A stretch of 64,000 nucleotides of DNA from an uncultured Acidobacteriota bacterium (GTDB lineage Bacteria > Acidobacteriota > Thermoanaerobaculia > Multivoradales > UBA5704), in NCBI GenBank assembly GCA_963770895.1, contig CAVYRF010000002.1, positions 5,280,001 to 5,344,000 of the forward strand. The letters are read 5' to 3'. Both the position numbers and the translations under genes were made by a program. Positions 38,747 to 48,956 of this stretch are shown piece after piece (the first letter of the stretch is position 1; each line of letters begins with the position of its first letter). The notes beneath the pieces were generated by a model that made no database searches, had not been told where the DNA came from, and saw only the letters and a program-made list of their open reading frames with translations.

Positions 38747-40266
38747 CAGTTCACGTCGCCGCGCCCACCTCCGCCGCGCTTGCTGCCGCCGCGCGGTTTG
38801 AGCAGCTGGAACTTGACCATCTCTTTGTAGTTCACCTGGCTGTCCAGGTCGGCGCGCGCCAGCTTGAGGTGCTGGTGCAGCCCTTCGAGCACCAGCTCCG
38901 CGGCCAGCGCCCGCTCTTCGCGCTCGAGGTGGCCGGTGGAGTGGCGGGCGGCCATGTCGGTCAGGTTGGGCACGCGCCCGATCTCGGCTTCGTAGTCGGC
39001 GAACGATTGCTCGTCCGACAGGGTGATCGAGTTGCCCTCGGCAAACCAGTGAATGATCGCGGCGTAGGGCCCCTTGTCGTCTTCGCCGCCGCTGCCCAGC
39101 TCCTTGCCGACTTCGGGGAAGCGGCGGTCGAACGCCTTGCGGACGGCCTGGCCGATGAGGCGGCGCGCCACCACTTCGGCGCCCTGCTGCTCGCCTTCGT
39201 ACACCATTTCCACCTTGCCGGTGATGGCGGGCAGGAGCATCTGCAGGTCGCACAGGCGCGGATAGACCCGCGGGTCGCCGCTCGCCAGCGCCCGCCGTTC
39301 CAGGTTGGAGGCGAGCAGCTCCAGCGCCGAGATGGCGACGCGCGCGCTCACCCCCGAGGACTGGTCCACCAGGTCGCTTTCGCGCGCCGCGAAGCTGATC
39401 TCTTCGACCAGCAGGCGGAATTCGTCGGGGATGACGACATTGGCGACGCCGCGCTCGGTCCACGCTTCCTGCCGGGTGATGTCGGCGGCGATCTGCACGT
39501 CGGCCGGGTAGTGGGTGAGGATCTGCGACGAGATGCGGTCCTTGAGCGGCGTGATGATGCTGCCGCGGTTGGTGTAGTCCTCGGGGTTGGCCGAAAACAC
39601 CATCAGCAGGTCGAGCGGGATGCGCACCGGGAAGCCGCGGATCTGCAGGTCGCGCTCTTCGAGGATGTTGAACAGGCCGACCTGGATGCGCGGCGACAGG
39701 TCGGGCAGCTCGTTGATGGCGAAGATGCCGCGGTTGGTGCGCGGCACGATGCCGAAGTGGATGACTTCCGGGTCGGCAAAGGTGAGCTTGCGCGTCGCCG
39801 CCTTGATCGGATCGATGTCGCCCAGCAGGTCGGCGATCGAGACGTCGGGGGTGGCGAGCTTTTCGTTGTAGCGCTCGTCGCGGTGCAGCCATTCCACGGG
39901 AGCGTCGTCGCCGGCGGTTGCGACCAGGCGCTGGCCCGGCACCGAGATGGGCGCCAGCGGATCGTCGTTGAGCTCGGTGCCGGCGAGCACCGGGATCTGC
40001 TCGTCGAGCAAGGTGACCAGCGAGCGCAGCAGGCGCGTCTTGGCCTGGCCGCGCAGCCCCAGCAGGATGAAGTCGTGGCCGGCGAGCAGCGCGTTGGCAA
40101 CCGCCGGCAGCACGGTGCGGTCGTAGCCCAGCACGCCTGGGAACAGCGGTCCGCCTCCGGCCAGGCGCTCGCGCAGGTTGTCGCGCAGCTCCTGCTTGAC
40201 CGAGCGCGAGCGGTAACCCGTCGCCTTGAGAGCGCCGAGGGTCTTGATCCGGGACACTTTGGGCAT
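38746..40266 (-). CDS. Mg-chelatase-like AAA+ ATPase (partner of the VWA protein)
   Basis: Walker A GLRGQAKT, YNEKLATPD, FAINELPDL, SANPEDYTNRG. Confidence 0.9.
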   Translation of the reverse strand: MPKVSRIKTLGALKATGYRSRSVKQELRDNLRERLAGGGPLFPGVLGYDRTVLPAVANALLAGHDFILLGLRGQAKTRLLRSLVTLLDEQIPVLAGTELNDDPLAPISVPGQRLVATAGDDAPVEWLHRDERYNEKLATPDVSIADLLGDIDPIKAATRKLTFADPEVIHFGIVPRTNRGIFAINELPDLSPRIQVGLFNILEERDLQIRGFPVRIPLDLLMVFSANPEDYTNRGSIITPLKDRISSQILTHYPADVQIAADITRQEAWTERGVANVVIPDEFRLLVEEISFAARESDLVDQSSGVSARVAISALELLASNLERRALASGDPRVYPRLCDLQMLLPAITGKVEMVYEGEQQGAEVVARRLIGQAVRKAFDRRFPEVGKELGSGGEDDKGPYAAIIHWFAEGNSITLSDEQSFADYEAEIGRVPNLTDMAARHSTGHLEREERALAAELVLEGLHQHLKLARADLDSQVNYKEMVKFQLLKPRGGSKRGGGGRGDVN

Positions 40267-41216
40267 CAGTCGTGAAGCTCCTCAAGCCAGCGTTCGGCGT
40301 CCAGGGCGGCGCGGCAGCCGGTGCCGGCGGCGGTGATCGCCTGGCGGTAGATCGGGTCCATGGCGTCACCGGCGGCGAAGACGCCGGGCAGGTTGGTCCT
40401 GCTGGTCGGCTCCTGGACGCGGATGTAGCCCATGTCGTTCATGTCCACCTGGCCGGCGAACAGGGCGGTGTTGGGTTGGTGGCCGATGGCGTAAAACACC
40501 CCCTGCGTGGGGTATTCGCTATCCAGGCCGGTCTTTTTGTTGTGCGTCTTGACCGCGGTGACGCCGTGATCGCGGGTACCCACGATGTCGGTCACCACGG
40601 TGTTCCAGATCCAGGCGATCTTGGAGTTGGCGAAGGCGCGATCCTGCATGATCTTGGAGGCGCGCAGCTCGTGGCGGCGATGGATCACGGTGACCTTGCT
40701 GGCGAACTTGGTCAGGTAGATGGCTTCTTCCATCGCCGAGTCGCCGCCGCCCAGGATGACCACTTCTTTATCACGGAAGAAGAAGCCGTCGCAGGTGGCG
40801 CACGCCGAAAGGCCGTAGCCCATGAGCTCGCGTTCCGCCGGCAGGCCGGCCAGCTTGGCGGTGGCGCCGGTGGCGACGATCACCGCGTCGGAGCGATAGG
40901 TGGTCTCATCGGTGCGGATGGTGAACGGGCGCTTGTGCAGGTCGATCTCCACCGCGGCGTCGAACTTCACCTGGGCGCCGAAGCGGCGCGCCTGCTCGCG
41001 CATGCGATCGACCAGCTCGGGCCCCAGGATGCCCTCGGGAAAGCCGGGGAAGTTTTCCACGTCGGTGGTGATGGTCAGCTGGCCGCCGGGCTGGTTGCCC
41101 TCCAGCACCAAGGGAGCCAGGTCGGCGCGGGCGGTGTACAGGGCTGCGGTCAGGCCGGCCGGCCCGGAGCCGAGGATGACGACCCGGTGGTAGGAGCCCT
41201 GATCGGGGTTGGACAT
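40266..41216 (-). CDS. trxB: thioredoxin-disulfide reductase
   Basis: [39 protein letters not shown]. Confidence 0.97.
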   Translation of the reverse strand: MSNPDQGSYHRVVILGSGPAGLTAALYTARADLAPLVLEGNQPGGQLTITTDVENFPGFPEGILGPELVDRMREQARRFGAQVKFDAAVEIDLHKRPFTIRTDETTYRSDAVIVATGATAKLAGLPAERELMGYGLSACATCDGFFFRDKEVVILGGGDSAMEEAIYLTKFASKVTVIHRRHELRASKIMQDRAFANSKIAWIWNTVVTDIVGTRDHGVTAVKTHNKKTGLDSEYPTQGVFYAIGHQPNTALFAGQVDMNDMGYIRVQEPTSRTNLPGVFAAGDAMDPIYRQAITAAGTGCRAALDAERWLEELHD

Positions 41217-41454
41217 CGAGCGGAAATCTCCTCTGGGTGATCGCGGACGACGGTTCGGCAGGCGGAGCGAGTATACCAGCGCGGCTGGCGCGGTCGGCTG
41301 GGTTGGCTCGGGAACGCTGCGGGCGGAACCGCTGCTGACCGGTGCAACGGCCTCGCGGCAGCGGGAATTCCGCGATCGAACGGGTAGCCGGGGCTGGGCG
41401 GGCCCGGCAGGGGTGGGGTGTGGGGGTAGAATCGCCGCGGTAGAGGGGGGGACG

Positions 41455-42834
41455 ATGGCGATCAGCATTTTCGACTTGTTCACGATTGGGATTGGGCCTT
41501 CCAGCTCGCACACGGTGGGACCGATGCGCGCGGCGCGGCGGTTTGCCGGGCGGCTGGAGCGCGACGGGGCGCTGGCGGCGGTGGCGCGGGTGCAGGTGGA
41601 GCTGTTCGGCTCGCTGGCGATGACCGGCAAGGGCCACGGCACCGACCGGGCGGTGCTGATGGGCCTGGAGGGGGAGGTGCCCGAAGAGGTCGATCCGGAG
41701 TGGATGCCGCGGCGGGTGGAGGAGATCCGCGCCAGCGGGCGGCTGCGCCTGCTGGGGGCGCATGAGATCGCCTTCGCGGAGAAGGCGGACCTGGTGTTCA
41801 ACCGCCGGCAGCTGCTGCCGCTGCACTCCAACGGCATGCGCTTCACCGCCTTCGACGCGGCCCAGGAGGTGCTGGCCGAGCGGATCTACTACTCGGTCGG
41901 CGGCGGCTTCGTGGTCAACGAAGAGACCGCGGGGCAGGACCGCCTGGTGGCCGACGAAACCCCGCTGCCGCTGCCGTTCAAGAGCGGCGCCGAGCTGCTG
42001 GCGGTGTGTCGCCGCGAGCGCAAGGCCATCTGGCAGGTGATGCTGGCCAACGAGGAGAGCTGGCGCGAGGAGCCGGAGGTGCGCGCCGGTCTGCTGCGCA
42101 TCTGGGAGGCCATGCAGCGCTGCGTCGAGCGCGGCTGCCGCCAGACCGGGGTACTGCCGGGCAGCCTGAAGGTGCCGCGCCGGGCGCCCAAGCTCTATGC
42201 GGAGCTGACGATGCGGCCCGAAGAGTCGCTGCGCGACCCGCTGAGCATCCTCGATTGGGTGAACCTGTACGCCCTGGCGGTCAACGAGGAAAACGCCGCC
42301 GGCGGCCGGGTGGTGACGGCGCCGACCAACGGCGCCGCCGGCATCGTGCCGGCCGTGCTCCACTACTATCGCCGGTTCGCGCCCGGCGGCGGCGACGAAG
42401 GCGTGGTGCGCTTCCTGCTGACCGCCGGCGCCATCGGCATCCTCTATAAGGAGAACGCCTCCATCTCCGGCGCCGAAGTCGGCTGCCAGGGCGAAGTGGG
42501 CGTCGCCTGCTCGATGGCGGCGGCCGGCCTGGTGGCGGCGATGGGCGGCACCGCGGCGCAGGTCGAAAATGCCGCGGAGATCGGCATGGAGCACAACCTG
42601 GGCCTGACCTGCGACCCGGTCGGCGGCCTGGTGCAGATCCCCTGCATCGAGCGCAACGCCATGGGCTCGGTCAAGGCCATCAACGCCGCCCGCATCGCCC
42701 TGCGCGGCGACGGCTCGCACAAGGTCTCGCTCGATCGCGTCATCAAGACCATGCGAGAAACCGGCGCCGACATGAAAACCAAATACAAGGAAACCTCCCG
42801 CGGCGGCCTGGCCATCAACGTCATCGAGTGCTGA
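41455..42834 (+). CDS. sdaA: L-serine ammonia-lyase (Fe-S)
   Basis: [49 protein letters not shown]. Confidence 0.97.
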   Translation: MAISIFDLFTIGIGPSSSHTVGPMRAARRFAGRLERDGALAAVARVQVELFGSLAMTGKGHGTDRAVLMGLEGEVPEEVDPEWMPRRVEEIRASGRLRLLGAHEIAFAEKADLVFNRRQLLPLHSNGMRFTAFDAAQEVLAERIYYSVGGGFVVNEETAGQDRLVADETPLPLPFKSGAELLAVCRRERKAIWQVMLANEESWREEPEVRAGLLRIWEAMQRCVERGCRQTGVLPGSLKVPRRAPKLYAELTMRPEESLRDPLSILDWVNLYALAVNEENAAGGRVVTAPTNGAAGIVPAVLHYYRRFAPGGGDEGVVRFLLTAGAIGILYKENASISGAEVGCQGEVGVACSMAAAGLVAAMGGTAAQVENAAEIGMEHNLGLTCDPVGGLVQIPCIERNAMGSVKAINAARIALRGDGSHKVSLDRVIKTMRETGADMKTKYKETSRGGLAINVIEC

Positions 42835-42958
42835 GCGGCCCCCGCCGAGGCGGAGTCGCGCCGATCTGGGCCGCGCTGCGCGGATGGGGGAAGCAAATGG
42901 GGGCTACGGCTGGACCGGCTGCAGGCGCTGATATGCTCCGACCGGTCAGGAGGTCGCA

Positions 42959-44152
42959 ATGGAGCCCGTGATCCGAAGCCTCGTGCTCAAGAGGTTTCGC
43001 AGCGTACCGTCCGAAGCAGTCGACCTTGTGAACCCCACTTTCCTGGTGGGCCAGAACGGCTCGGGAAAGAGCAACTTCGTCGATGCCTTTGCCTTTTTGG
43101 CCGAGGCAATGGGCACTCCGCTGCAGGCAGTGTTCGATAATCGAGGTGGCATCTCGGCGGTGCGCAACCGGACGTCCGGCAGGGGCTATCCCCCCAACCT
43201 CGGCCTCGCAGTGCGATTCGGTGCGATCAACGGCGAGATCGCCAGCGGTAACTACGCCTTCGAGGTGCGGGCGTTGCCTAACTACGCCTTCGAGGTCGTG
43301 CGGGAGCAGTGCTCCATCTCTTTCAAATCTGGCCAAAGAAGCTGGTTCGACCGCAAGGGGATGGATTTCAAGTCGAATGTCCCCGGATTGGCCCCATCTC
43401 TCGATCCTGCATCGCTGGGTTTGCCGGTGGTCGGCGGTCACGCAAGCTTTGCGCCGATTCTGCGCACCCTGTCCGCGATGCGGGTCTATTCGATCGAGCC
43501 GGCACAGCTCAGGGAGATGCAGGAGGCCGATAGCGGCCTGGGCCTCAAGCCGGATGGCAGCAATGCAGCCAGTGTTCTGCAGGAGATCGCCCGCCGTGCC
43601 AACGGCGACATCGATCGTATCGGCGAGATCCTGGCCACGATCGTTCCCAATACGACGAACGTGGGAACCATCAAGCACGGCAAGAAGCTATCGCTGGAAT
43701 TCACCCAGGAGTGGGGACCGAACAAGCGCCTCAAATTCGAAGCGTTCAGCATGTCGGATGGGACGCTCCGTGCCCTCGGCCTGTTGACCGCCGTCTTCCA
43801 GAACCCGGTGCCGTCCTTGATGGTTATCGAGGAGCCGGAGGCGAGGATCCATCCGGGTGCGTTGGGGGCGGTGCTGGATGTCCTGCGCACTGCCAGCCAA
43901 AGGGTGCAGATCGTGGTGACGACGAACAGCCCGGAGGTCCTGGACGCGAAGTGGATCGGCGATTCAAATCTGCGGATCGTGACCTGGCAGGAGGGGGCGT
44001 CGCACGTTACGCGGCTTTCCGAGCCCTCTCGTCAGGCGCTGCTGCAGCACCTCATGGGTGCAGGAGAGCTCCTGCGCTCGAACGCGCTCACGGCGCCGCC
44101 CTTTTTTCACGGCACCATGGCCCAGGACGAGCTGTTTGAGGCGCTGTCTTGA
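42959..44152 (+). CDS. AAA_21/AbiEii-like ABC-fold ATPase
   Basis: Walker A GQNGSGKS, MSDGT, Walker B IEEPE, H-loop reads TTNSP; visibly lower GC than the flanks. Confidence 0.85.
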   Translation: MEPVIRSLVLKRFRSVPSEAVDLVNPTFLVGQNGSGKSNFVDAFAFLAEAMGTPLQAVFDNRGGISAVRNRTSGRGYPPNLGLAVRFGAINGEIASGNYAFEVRALPNYAFEVVREQCSISFKSGQRSWFDRKGMDFKSNVPGLAPSLDPASLGLPVVGGHASFAPILRTLSAMRVYSIEPAQLREMQEADSGLGLKPDGSNAASVLQEIARRANGDIDRIGEILATIVPNTTNVGTIKHGKKLSLEFTQEWGPNKRLKFEAFSMSDGTLRALGLLTAVFQNPVPSLMVIEEPEARIHPGALGAVLDVLRTASQRVQIVVTTNSPEVLDAKWIGDSNLRIVTWQEGASHVTRLSEPSRQALLQHLMGAGELLRSNALTAPPFFHGTMAQDELFEALS

Positions 44153-44660
44153 GGGTGCAGCCCATCGTGGAGGGACACGGAGAAGTCGCTGCCGTTCCCG
44201 AATTGCTCCGCCGCCTGAGCCATGAGGCCGGCATTTTCGTCGAAGTCTGCCGCCCGATCCGACGGAAGCGATCAGAGCTGGTTGGCGAAACCTCGCTGCG
44301 CCGCTCGATTCGACTCGCCCTGCTGCAAGACTGCGACGCGATCCTGGTGATCTTCGACGGCGATGACGACTGCCCCAAGACCATCGGGCCGCAAGCTCAG
44401 GCGTGGGCACAAGCGGAAGCGCGCCAGGTCCCTTGCGCTGTCGTCATCGCTCATCGAGAGTACGAGGCGTGGTTTCTGGGGGCGCTCGAATCCCTCCGCG
44501 GCCTGCGCGGGGTCCGCTCCGATGCGGTGCCGCCGCCGCGGCCCACCGCCGCTGCCGATCCTTCCGCCGCCTGGTCAAGGCCTTTGGCTCGTTGCTGGAG
44601 GTGAGCGGGGCGGCCCTTCCGCCATGGCCACCCCCGTCATGGCAGAGCGATCGGGGCTAA
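44149..44660 (+). pseudogene. DUF4276-family (TOPRIM-like) protein, apparently deleted/frameshifted near 44540
   Basis: IVEGHGE, FDGDDDCP, REYEAWFL; the C-terminal AHRRCRSFRRLVKAF lies in a different frame ending at 44660. Confidence 0.75.
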
Positions 44661-44679
44661 GGGGCAGTGCCTGGCGGGA

Positions 44680-45615
44680 TCAGGTGGCGACATCGCCGGC
44701 GGCGGTGGCGCGGGTGCCGAGCTTGTTGAAGCCCAGGCGGGTGAAGAGGGCGGTGGCGGCGGCTTCGTCGGCGCCGCGGTAGGTCAGGCGGGCCAGGTCG
44801 GTGCGGACGGGGGCGTCGGTGGCCAAGGTGGCCAGGGTGCGCGACAGGAAGGCGGTGGCGCGGGCGTCGCGGAGCTTGCCGTAGAGGGATTTGGCGCCGC
44901 GCAGGCGGCTTTGGGGGAGCTCTTCGAGGCGGCGGTAGAGGTCGTCCAGGGTGCCGAAGGCGGCGAGCAGCTCGGCGGCGGTCTTGCGGCCGATGCCGGC
45001 GACGCCGGGGATGTTGTCGACGGGATCGCCGGCCAGGGCCAGCAGGTCGACGATCTGGTCGGGGCGGACGCCGAAGGTGGCGGCGACCTCGGCCGGGCCG
45101 TAGCGCTGCTGTTTGGCGAAGTCGTAGAGGGTGACGCCGGCGGCGACCAGCTGGGCCAGGTCCTTGTCGCCCGAGACCACGACCGCCTGGTGGCCGGCGG
45201 CCGTCGCCTGGCGGCAGAGGGTGGCGATCAGGTCGTCGGCTTCGTAGCGGTCGTCGATAAAGGTGGCGGCGCCCAGGGCCGCAGCGGCGCGGCGGCAGTC
45301 GTCGAGCTGCGCCACCAGCTCGGGCGGTGGCGCGTCGCGATGGGCCTTGTAGGCGGGGTAGAGCTGGTTGCGGTAGAAGCTGCCGTTCAAGTCGCGGTCG
45401 AACGCCACGCCCAGGTGCGTCGGACGCTCGTCGGCGATCAGCTTGAGCAGGAACGACGCGAACCCGTACACCGCCCCCGCCCGCGCGCCGTCCGGGCTCT
45501 TGATCGACGAGGGAATCGAAAAGTGAGCGCGGAAGACGTAGGGGCTGGCGTCGACGAGGTACACGGTGGCGATGCCGGCCGCGCCATCCGGGCTGGCGCC
45601 GGTGGAGGTCGGCAT
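44680..45615 (-). CDS. stand-alone 5'-3' exonuclease / flap endonuclease
   Basis: YLVDASPYVFRA, YPAYKAHR, EADDLIATL, SGDKDLAQ, GDPVDNIPGVAGIG.KTA. Confidence 0.9.
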   Translation of the reverse strand: MPTSTGASPDGAAGIATVYLVDASPYVFRAHFSIPSSIKSPDGARAGAVYGFASFLLKLIADERPTHLGVAFDRDLNGSFYRNQLYPAYKAHRDAPPPELVAQLDDCRRAAAALGAATFIDDRYEADDLIATLCRQATAAGHQAVVVSGDKDLAQLVAAGVTLYDFAKQQRYGPAEVAATFGVRPDQIVDLLALAGDPVDNIPGVAGIGRKTAAELLAAFGTLDDLYRRLEELPQSRLRGAKSLYGKLRDARATAFLSRTLATLATDAPVRTDLARLTYRGADEAAATALFTRLGFNKLGTRATAAGDVAT

Positions 45616-45647
45616 GGGCGGCGGGGGGGCGGGGCGGTCCGTCGCGG

Positions 45648-46469
45648 TCAGTCCAGGAAGAGATCGGGGATCAGCGGCTGGCCCGGCTTGATGGCGTAGC
45701 GGTCGAAGTCGGTCGTGCCGGCTTCGCGCAGCACCTCTTCGTCGAGCAGGAAGCGGCCGGTGGCGGCGCGGCTGTCGCGGGTGAGCATGGCGTGGGCGGC
45801 GTCGGCCATGATCTCGGGTTTGCGGCAGTTGTCGGGCGGCACCATGTCGCCGAGCGCGCCCAGGGCGGCGGTGAGGATGACGGTGCGCGGCCACAGGGCG
45901 TTGACGGCGACCCCCTGCTCGCGCAGCTCCTCGGCCAGGCCCAGGACCGTCAGGCTCATGCCGTACTTGGACATGGTGTAGGCCAGGTGCGCCGCGAACC
46001 ACCTGGGGTTCAGATTGAGCGGCGGCGCCACGGTGAGGATGTGGGGATTGGCGGCCTTCAGCAGGTAGGGGACCGCCGCCTGCGAGCAGGCGAAGGTGGC
46101 GCGCCCGTTGACCCCCCACATGAGGTCGAAGCGCTTCATCGGCGTCGCCATGGTGGGGGTCAGGCCGATCGCGCTGGCGTTGTTGACCAGGATGTCGATG
46201 CCGCCGAAGCGGTCCGCCGCCTGCGCCATCGCCGCGGCGATCCCCGCGTCGTCGCGCACGTCCAGCACCACCGGCAGCGCCTTGCCGCCCGCCGCCTCCA
46301 TCTCGGCGGCGGCGCTGAACACGGTGCCGGGCAGCTTCGGATGCGGCTCCGCCGTCTTGGCCGCGATGACGACGTTGGCGCCGTCGGCCGCCGCGCGCAG
46401 GGCGATCGCCTTGCCGATGCCGCGGCTGGCGCCGGTGACAAACAGGGTCTTGCCGTGTAGGGATGCCAT
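45648..46469 (-). CDS. SDR oxidoreductase (HSDL2-like)
   Basis: TGASRGIG, PHPKLPGT, NNASAI, YTMSK, NALWP. Confidence 0.9.
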   Translation of the reverse strand: MASLHGKTLFVTGASRGIGKAIALRAAADGANVVIAAKTAEPHPKLPGTVFSAAAEMEAAGGKALPVVLDVRDDAGIAAAMAQAADRFGGIDILVNNASAIGLTPTMATPMKRFDLMWGVNGRATFACSQAAVPYLLKAANPHILTVAPPLNLNPRWFAAHLAYTMSKYGMSLTVLGLAEELREQGVAVNALWPRTVILTAALGALGDMVPPDNCRKPEIMADAAHAMLTRDSRAATGRFLLDEEVLREAGTTDFDRYAIKPGQPLIPDLFLD

Positions 46470-46658
46470 GGCCGGGGATCTTAGCAGGTCGCCCCACCCC
46501 GACCGCCGCATCCTGAGCCCGGTCCCCGCGTGAGATCTGCCGGGTTCGCCAGGGTCGGGAGCGCCATACTGGAAAGTTGCATATGCCAATGTCTCTGTTG
46601 CGCAAGCGCTACATTGATAGTACGGTGATCGGCTGGACAAAAAGGCGCTCCGCCCATC

Positions 46659-47750
46659 ATGGCTCTACTTCGCTTCTCGGCTCGGCCGGCAGGGTCTGCC
46701 GGTATCGTTTTGGCCGCGGCCCTGGCGCTGACCTTGCCAGGTGGTGCGGCGGCGTCCGCTGCCGACACTTTCGCCAGCGGCTTCTGCCAGGGGGCCCCTA
46801 CCAAGCTCTTTACCGTGCCGCCCTGCCGGGTCTACGACAGCCGGACAGGCGATCCTCTCGCTGCCGGCGTCAACCTGCTGCAGGTGGCTGGCCGATGCGG
46901 GATTCCTACCGATGCCACCGCGGTGTCGGCAAACCTCACCGTCGTCGGGCCGCGGGCCGCGGGCTCCCTGACGGTCTATGCCGGTGACGCCGTCCAGCCG
47001 CCGACCGCCACGATCGATTTCAACCCCGGCCAGATTCGCGCCAACAATGCCGTGGTGCAGTTGGCCGGCGACGGCTCGGGCACCGTCGCGGTCTATTTTG
47101 CCGCCGACGGTCCAGGCACCGCCGCCGTCGACCTGGTCGTGGACGTGAATGGCTACTTCGCGCGCGGCCCGGTCGTGGTCAGCATGGCGCCGCCGGCCGG
47201 TGGCCAGTCCGGCGGCACCCTGGTGACGGCCAGCGGCACCTTTCGCGATCCCTTCAGCACCCAGGTTCAATTCAACCACCAGGCACCGGTGCAGCCAACA
47301 GGTTGGACCGCCAGCATGCTGTGGGTGACCACGCCGCCTTACAGCGGCATCTTCCCGACCGGGCCCTGTGGCGCGGCCGGCTTCGTCGGCACCATCAACC
47401 TGCCGGTCAGCGTCGACGTCACGGTGACCGATACGATCACCGGGTGCTCCTCCACCTTGACCGGCGGCTTCTCCTACCTGCCGACGGACGCCAGCTGCCA
47501 CCTGCCGCCGCCGCCCGTGGCGGGATTTACCGTGCTCACGTCCAGCGCCAATGACGTCGCCAGCTTCGCCGACACGTCGACGGGCACGCCGACCAGCTGG
47601 TTGTGGGACTTCGGCGACGCCCGCACGAGCAACCTGCAGAACCCGATCCACGACTACATAGTGCCCGGCAGTTTCATGGCGACGCTGACCGCCTGCAACC
47701 CGGCCGGTTGCTCCATGACCGGCCAGTTGGTGGTCGTTCCGGGCTCGTAG
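46659..47750 (+). CDS. secreted protein with PCR(V)xD(S/T)R domain, IPT/TIG and PKD domains
   Basis: Signal peptide; TVPPCRVYDSR...CGIP.DATAVSANLTVV...VDVNGYF; TSWLWDFGD. Confidence 0.85.
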   Translation: MALLRFSARPAGSAGIVLAAALALTLPGGAAASAADTFASGFCQGAPTKLFTVPPCRVYDSRTGDPLAAGVNLLQVAGRCGIPTDATAVSANLTVVGPRAAGSLTVYAGDAVQPPTATIDFNPGQIRANNAVVQLAGDGSGTVAVYFAADGPGTAAVDLVVDVNGYFARGPVVVSMAPPAGGQSGGTLVTASGTFRDPFSTQVQFNHQAPVQPTGWTASMLWVTTPPYSGIFPTGPCGAAGFVGTINLPVSVDVTVTDTITGCSSTLTGGFSYLPTDASCHLPPPPVAGFTVLTSSANDVASFADTSTGTPTSWLWDFGDARTSNLQNPIHDYIVPGSFMATLTACNPAGCSMTGQLVVVPGS

Positions 47751-48802
47751 CCAGCAACGCGGGTCAGCGGCGGGGTTTCCGCTTCCGCATCGTCCTGGGC
47801 GCCGGCATCGTCGGTCGGGGCCGCCGCGGTCGAGGCGTCGTCGTTTGCTGCATCGTCCGCACTGTCCGTGCATCCGGCGCCGTCGTTGGCGGCTGCGGCC
47901 TCCGGCTGGTCTTCGTTCTGCGGCGCATTGACCGTCACTTCCAGCGTGGCGCAGAAGTTGACGGGCGTGCCGTCGCGCAATACCGGCTCAAAGGTGAGGC
48001 CGGTCAGGACGGCGTTGACGAATTCTGGCGAACCCTGCTGGCGGGTCACCATCGTCTGGGTCACCTCTCCGGAGGAGTCGAGCACGACCTTGGCTTCGAC
48101 CACTCCCGGCCCGGACGGCAGCTCGGATCGCGCCATGGTGAACTGACTTGGGGCTTGCGAATCGCTGATGTAGGGGGCGTCAGGTGCGAAGGCGTGGATC
48201 AGGTCGTTGACCCTGTCGTTCGAATCGTTGCGGGAGGCCACGTCGTCGGGGGTGTCGCCATCCTTGGTCCCTGACAGGTACCACATCGCCAGGCACAGGC
48301 TCAGGCCGCCGTGGTCCCGCGAGCCGAGACTCTGCATCTCCTGCGCGGCATCGCCGTCACGATAGGGGCTCTGGGCCAGGAGGGTCGCGATCAGCCCGGC
48401 CTCGGCTTGCTCCGCCGCGCTGCCGGTGTCGCCCGCCGTATCGCGGAAGACCTGCTCGGCGTCGCGCAGATCGGCGGCCGCGGCTGCGGCGCCGCCGCCG
48501 GCACCCTGTGTGGCGCGGCGGAGCAGGGCAAAGCCAAGGTCCACCGCGGCGTCAGCCTGTGCCGCCGAGCCCGGCGTCGCTTCGGCATAGGCCAGCCGCG
48601 CCGCGGCCGCGTCGTCGAGATCCTGGCCGCCGGCGGCAGCGGCAGCCAGCAGGGCCAGGCTAAAGACGGCGGCTGCGACGGTGGGGGCTGAAGCAGCGTG
48701 GTGACGCGGTGGGCGGCGAGCATCTGGCTTCCTTCCTGGCCGCGTCGTTGCAGCTCTGGCGTGGCCGGAGACCAAGAATTGCTTCTTTTGCGACTCTATC
48801 AC
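47654..48802 (-). CDS. secreted protein with helical N-terminus, TonB-C-like domain and acidic tail
   Basis: Hydrophobic signal; GVVEAKVVLDSSGEV...FEPVLRDGTPV; 3' end overlaps the convergent gene. Confidence 0.6.
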   Translation of the reverse strand: MIESQKKQFLVSGHARAATTRPGRKPDARRPPRHHAASAPTVAAAVFSLALLAAAAAGGQDLDDAAAARLAYAEATPGSAAQADAAVDLGFALLRRATQGAGGGAAAAAADLRDAEQVFRDTAGDTGSAAEQAEAGLIATLLAQSPYRDGDAAQEMQSLGSRDHGGLSLCLAMWYLSGTKDGDTPDDVASRNDSNDRVNDLIHAFAPDAPYISDSQAPSQFTMARSELPSGPGVVEAKVVLDSSGEVTQTMVTRQQGSPEFVNAVLTGLTFEPVLRDGTPVNFCATLEVTVNAPQNEDQPEAAAANDGAGCTDSADDAANDDASTAAAPTDDAGAQDDAEAETPPLTRVAGYEPGTTTNWPVMEQPAGLQAVSVAMKLPGTM

Positions 48803-48956
48803 GTCAATCTACCGATTCTGCAATCACGATGTTATCCAGGGTTGTTTCTGCGACCCCGTAGCCGGATCAAAGTGGAGGGCTGTAAGGACTGCCGGCGCCC
48901 CCAGGGCGAGTCGCCATGGCAGCGCCGGCTTTGGGACGTGTGATCCGCGGCTTGTC

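Noticed and set aside
46575-46590. TGGCAT on the minus strand as a sigma54 site
   Set aside because: No GC at the required -12 spacing
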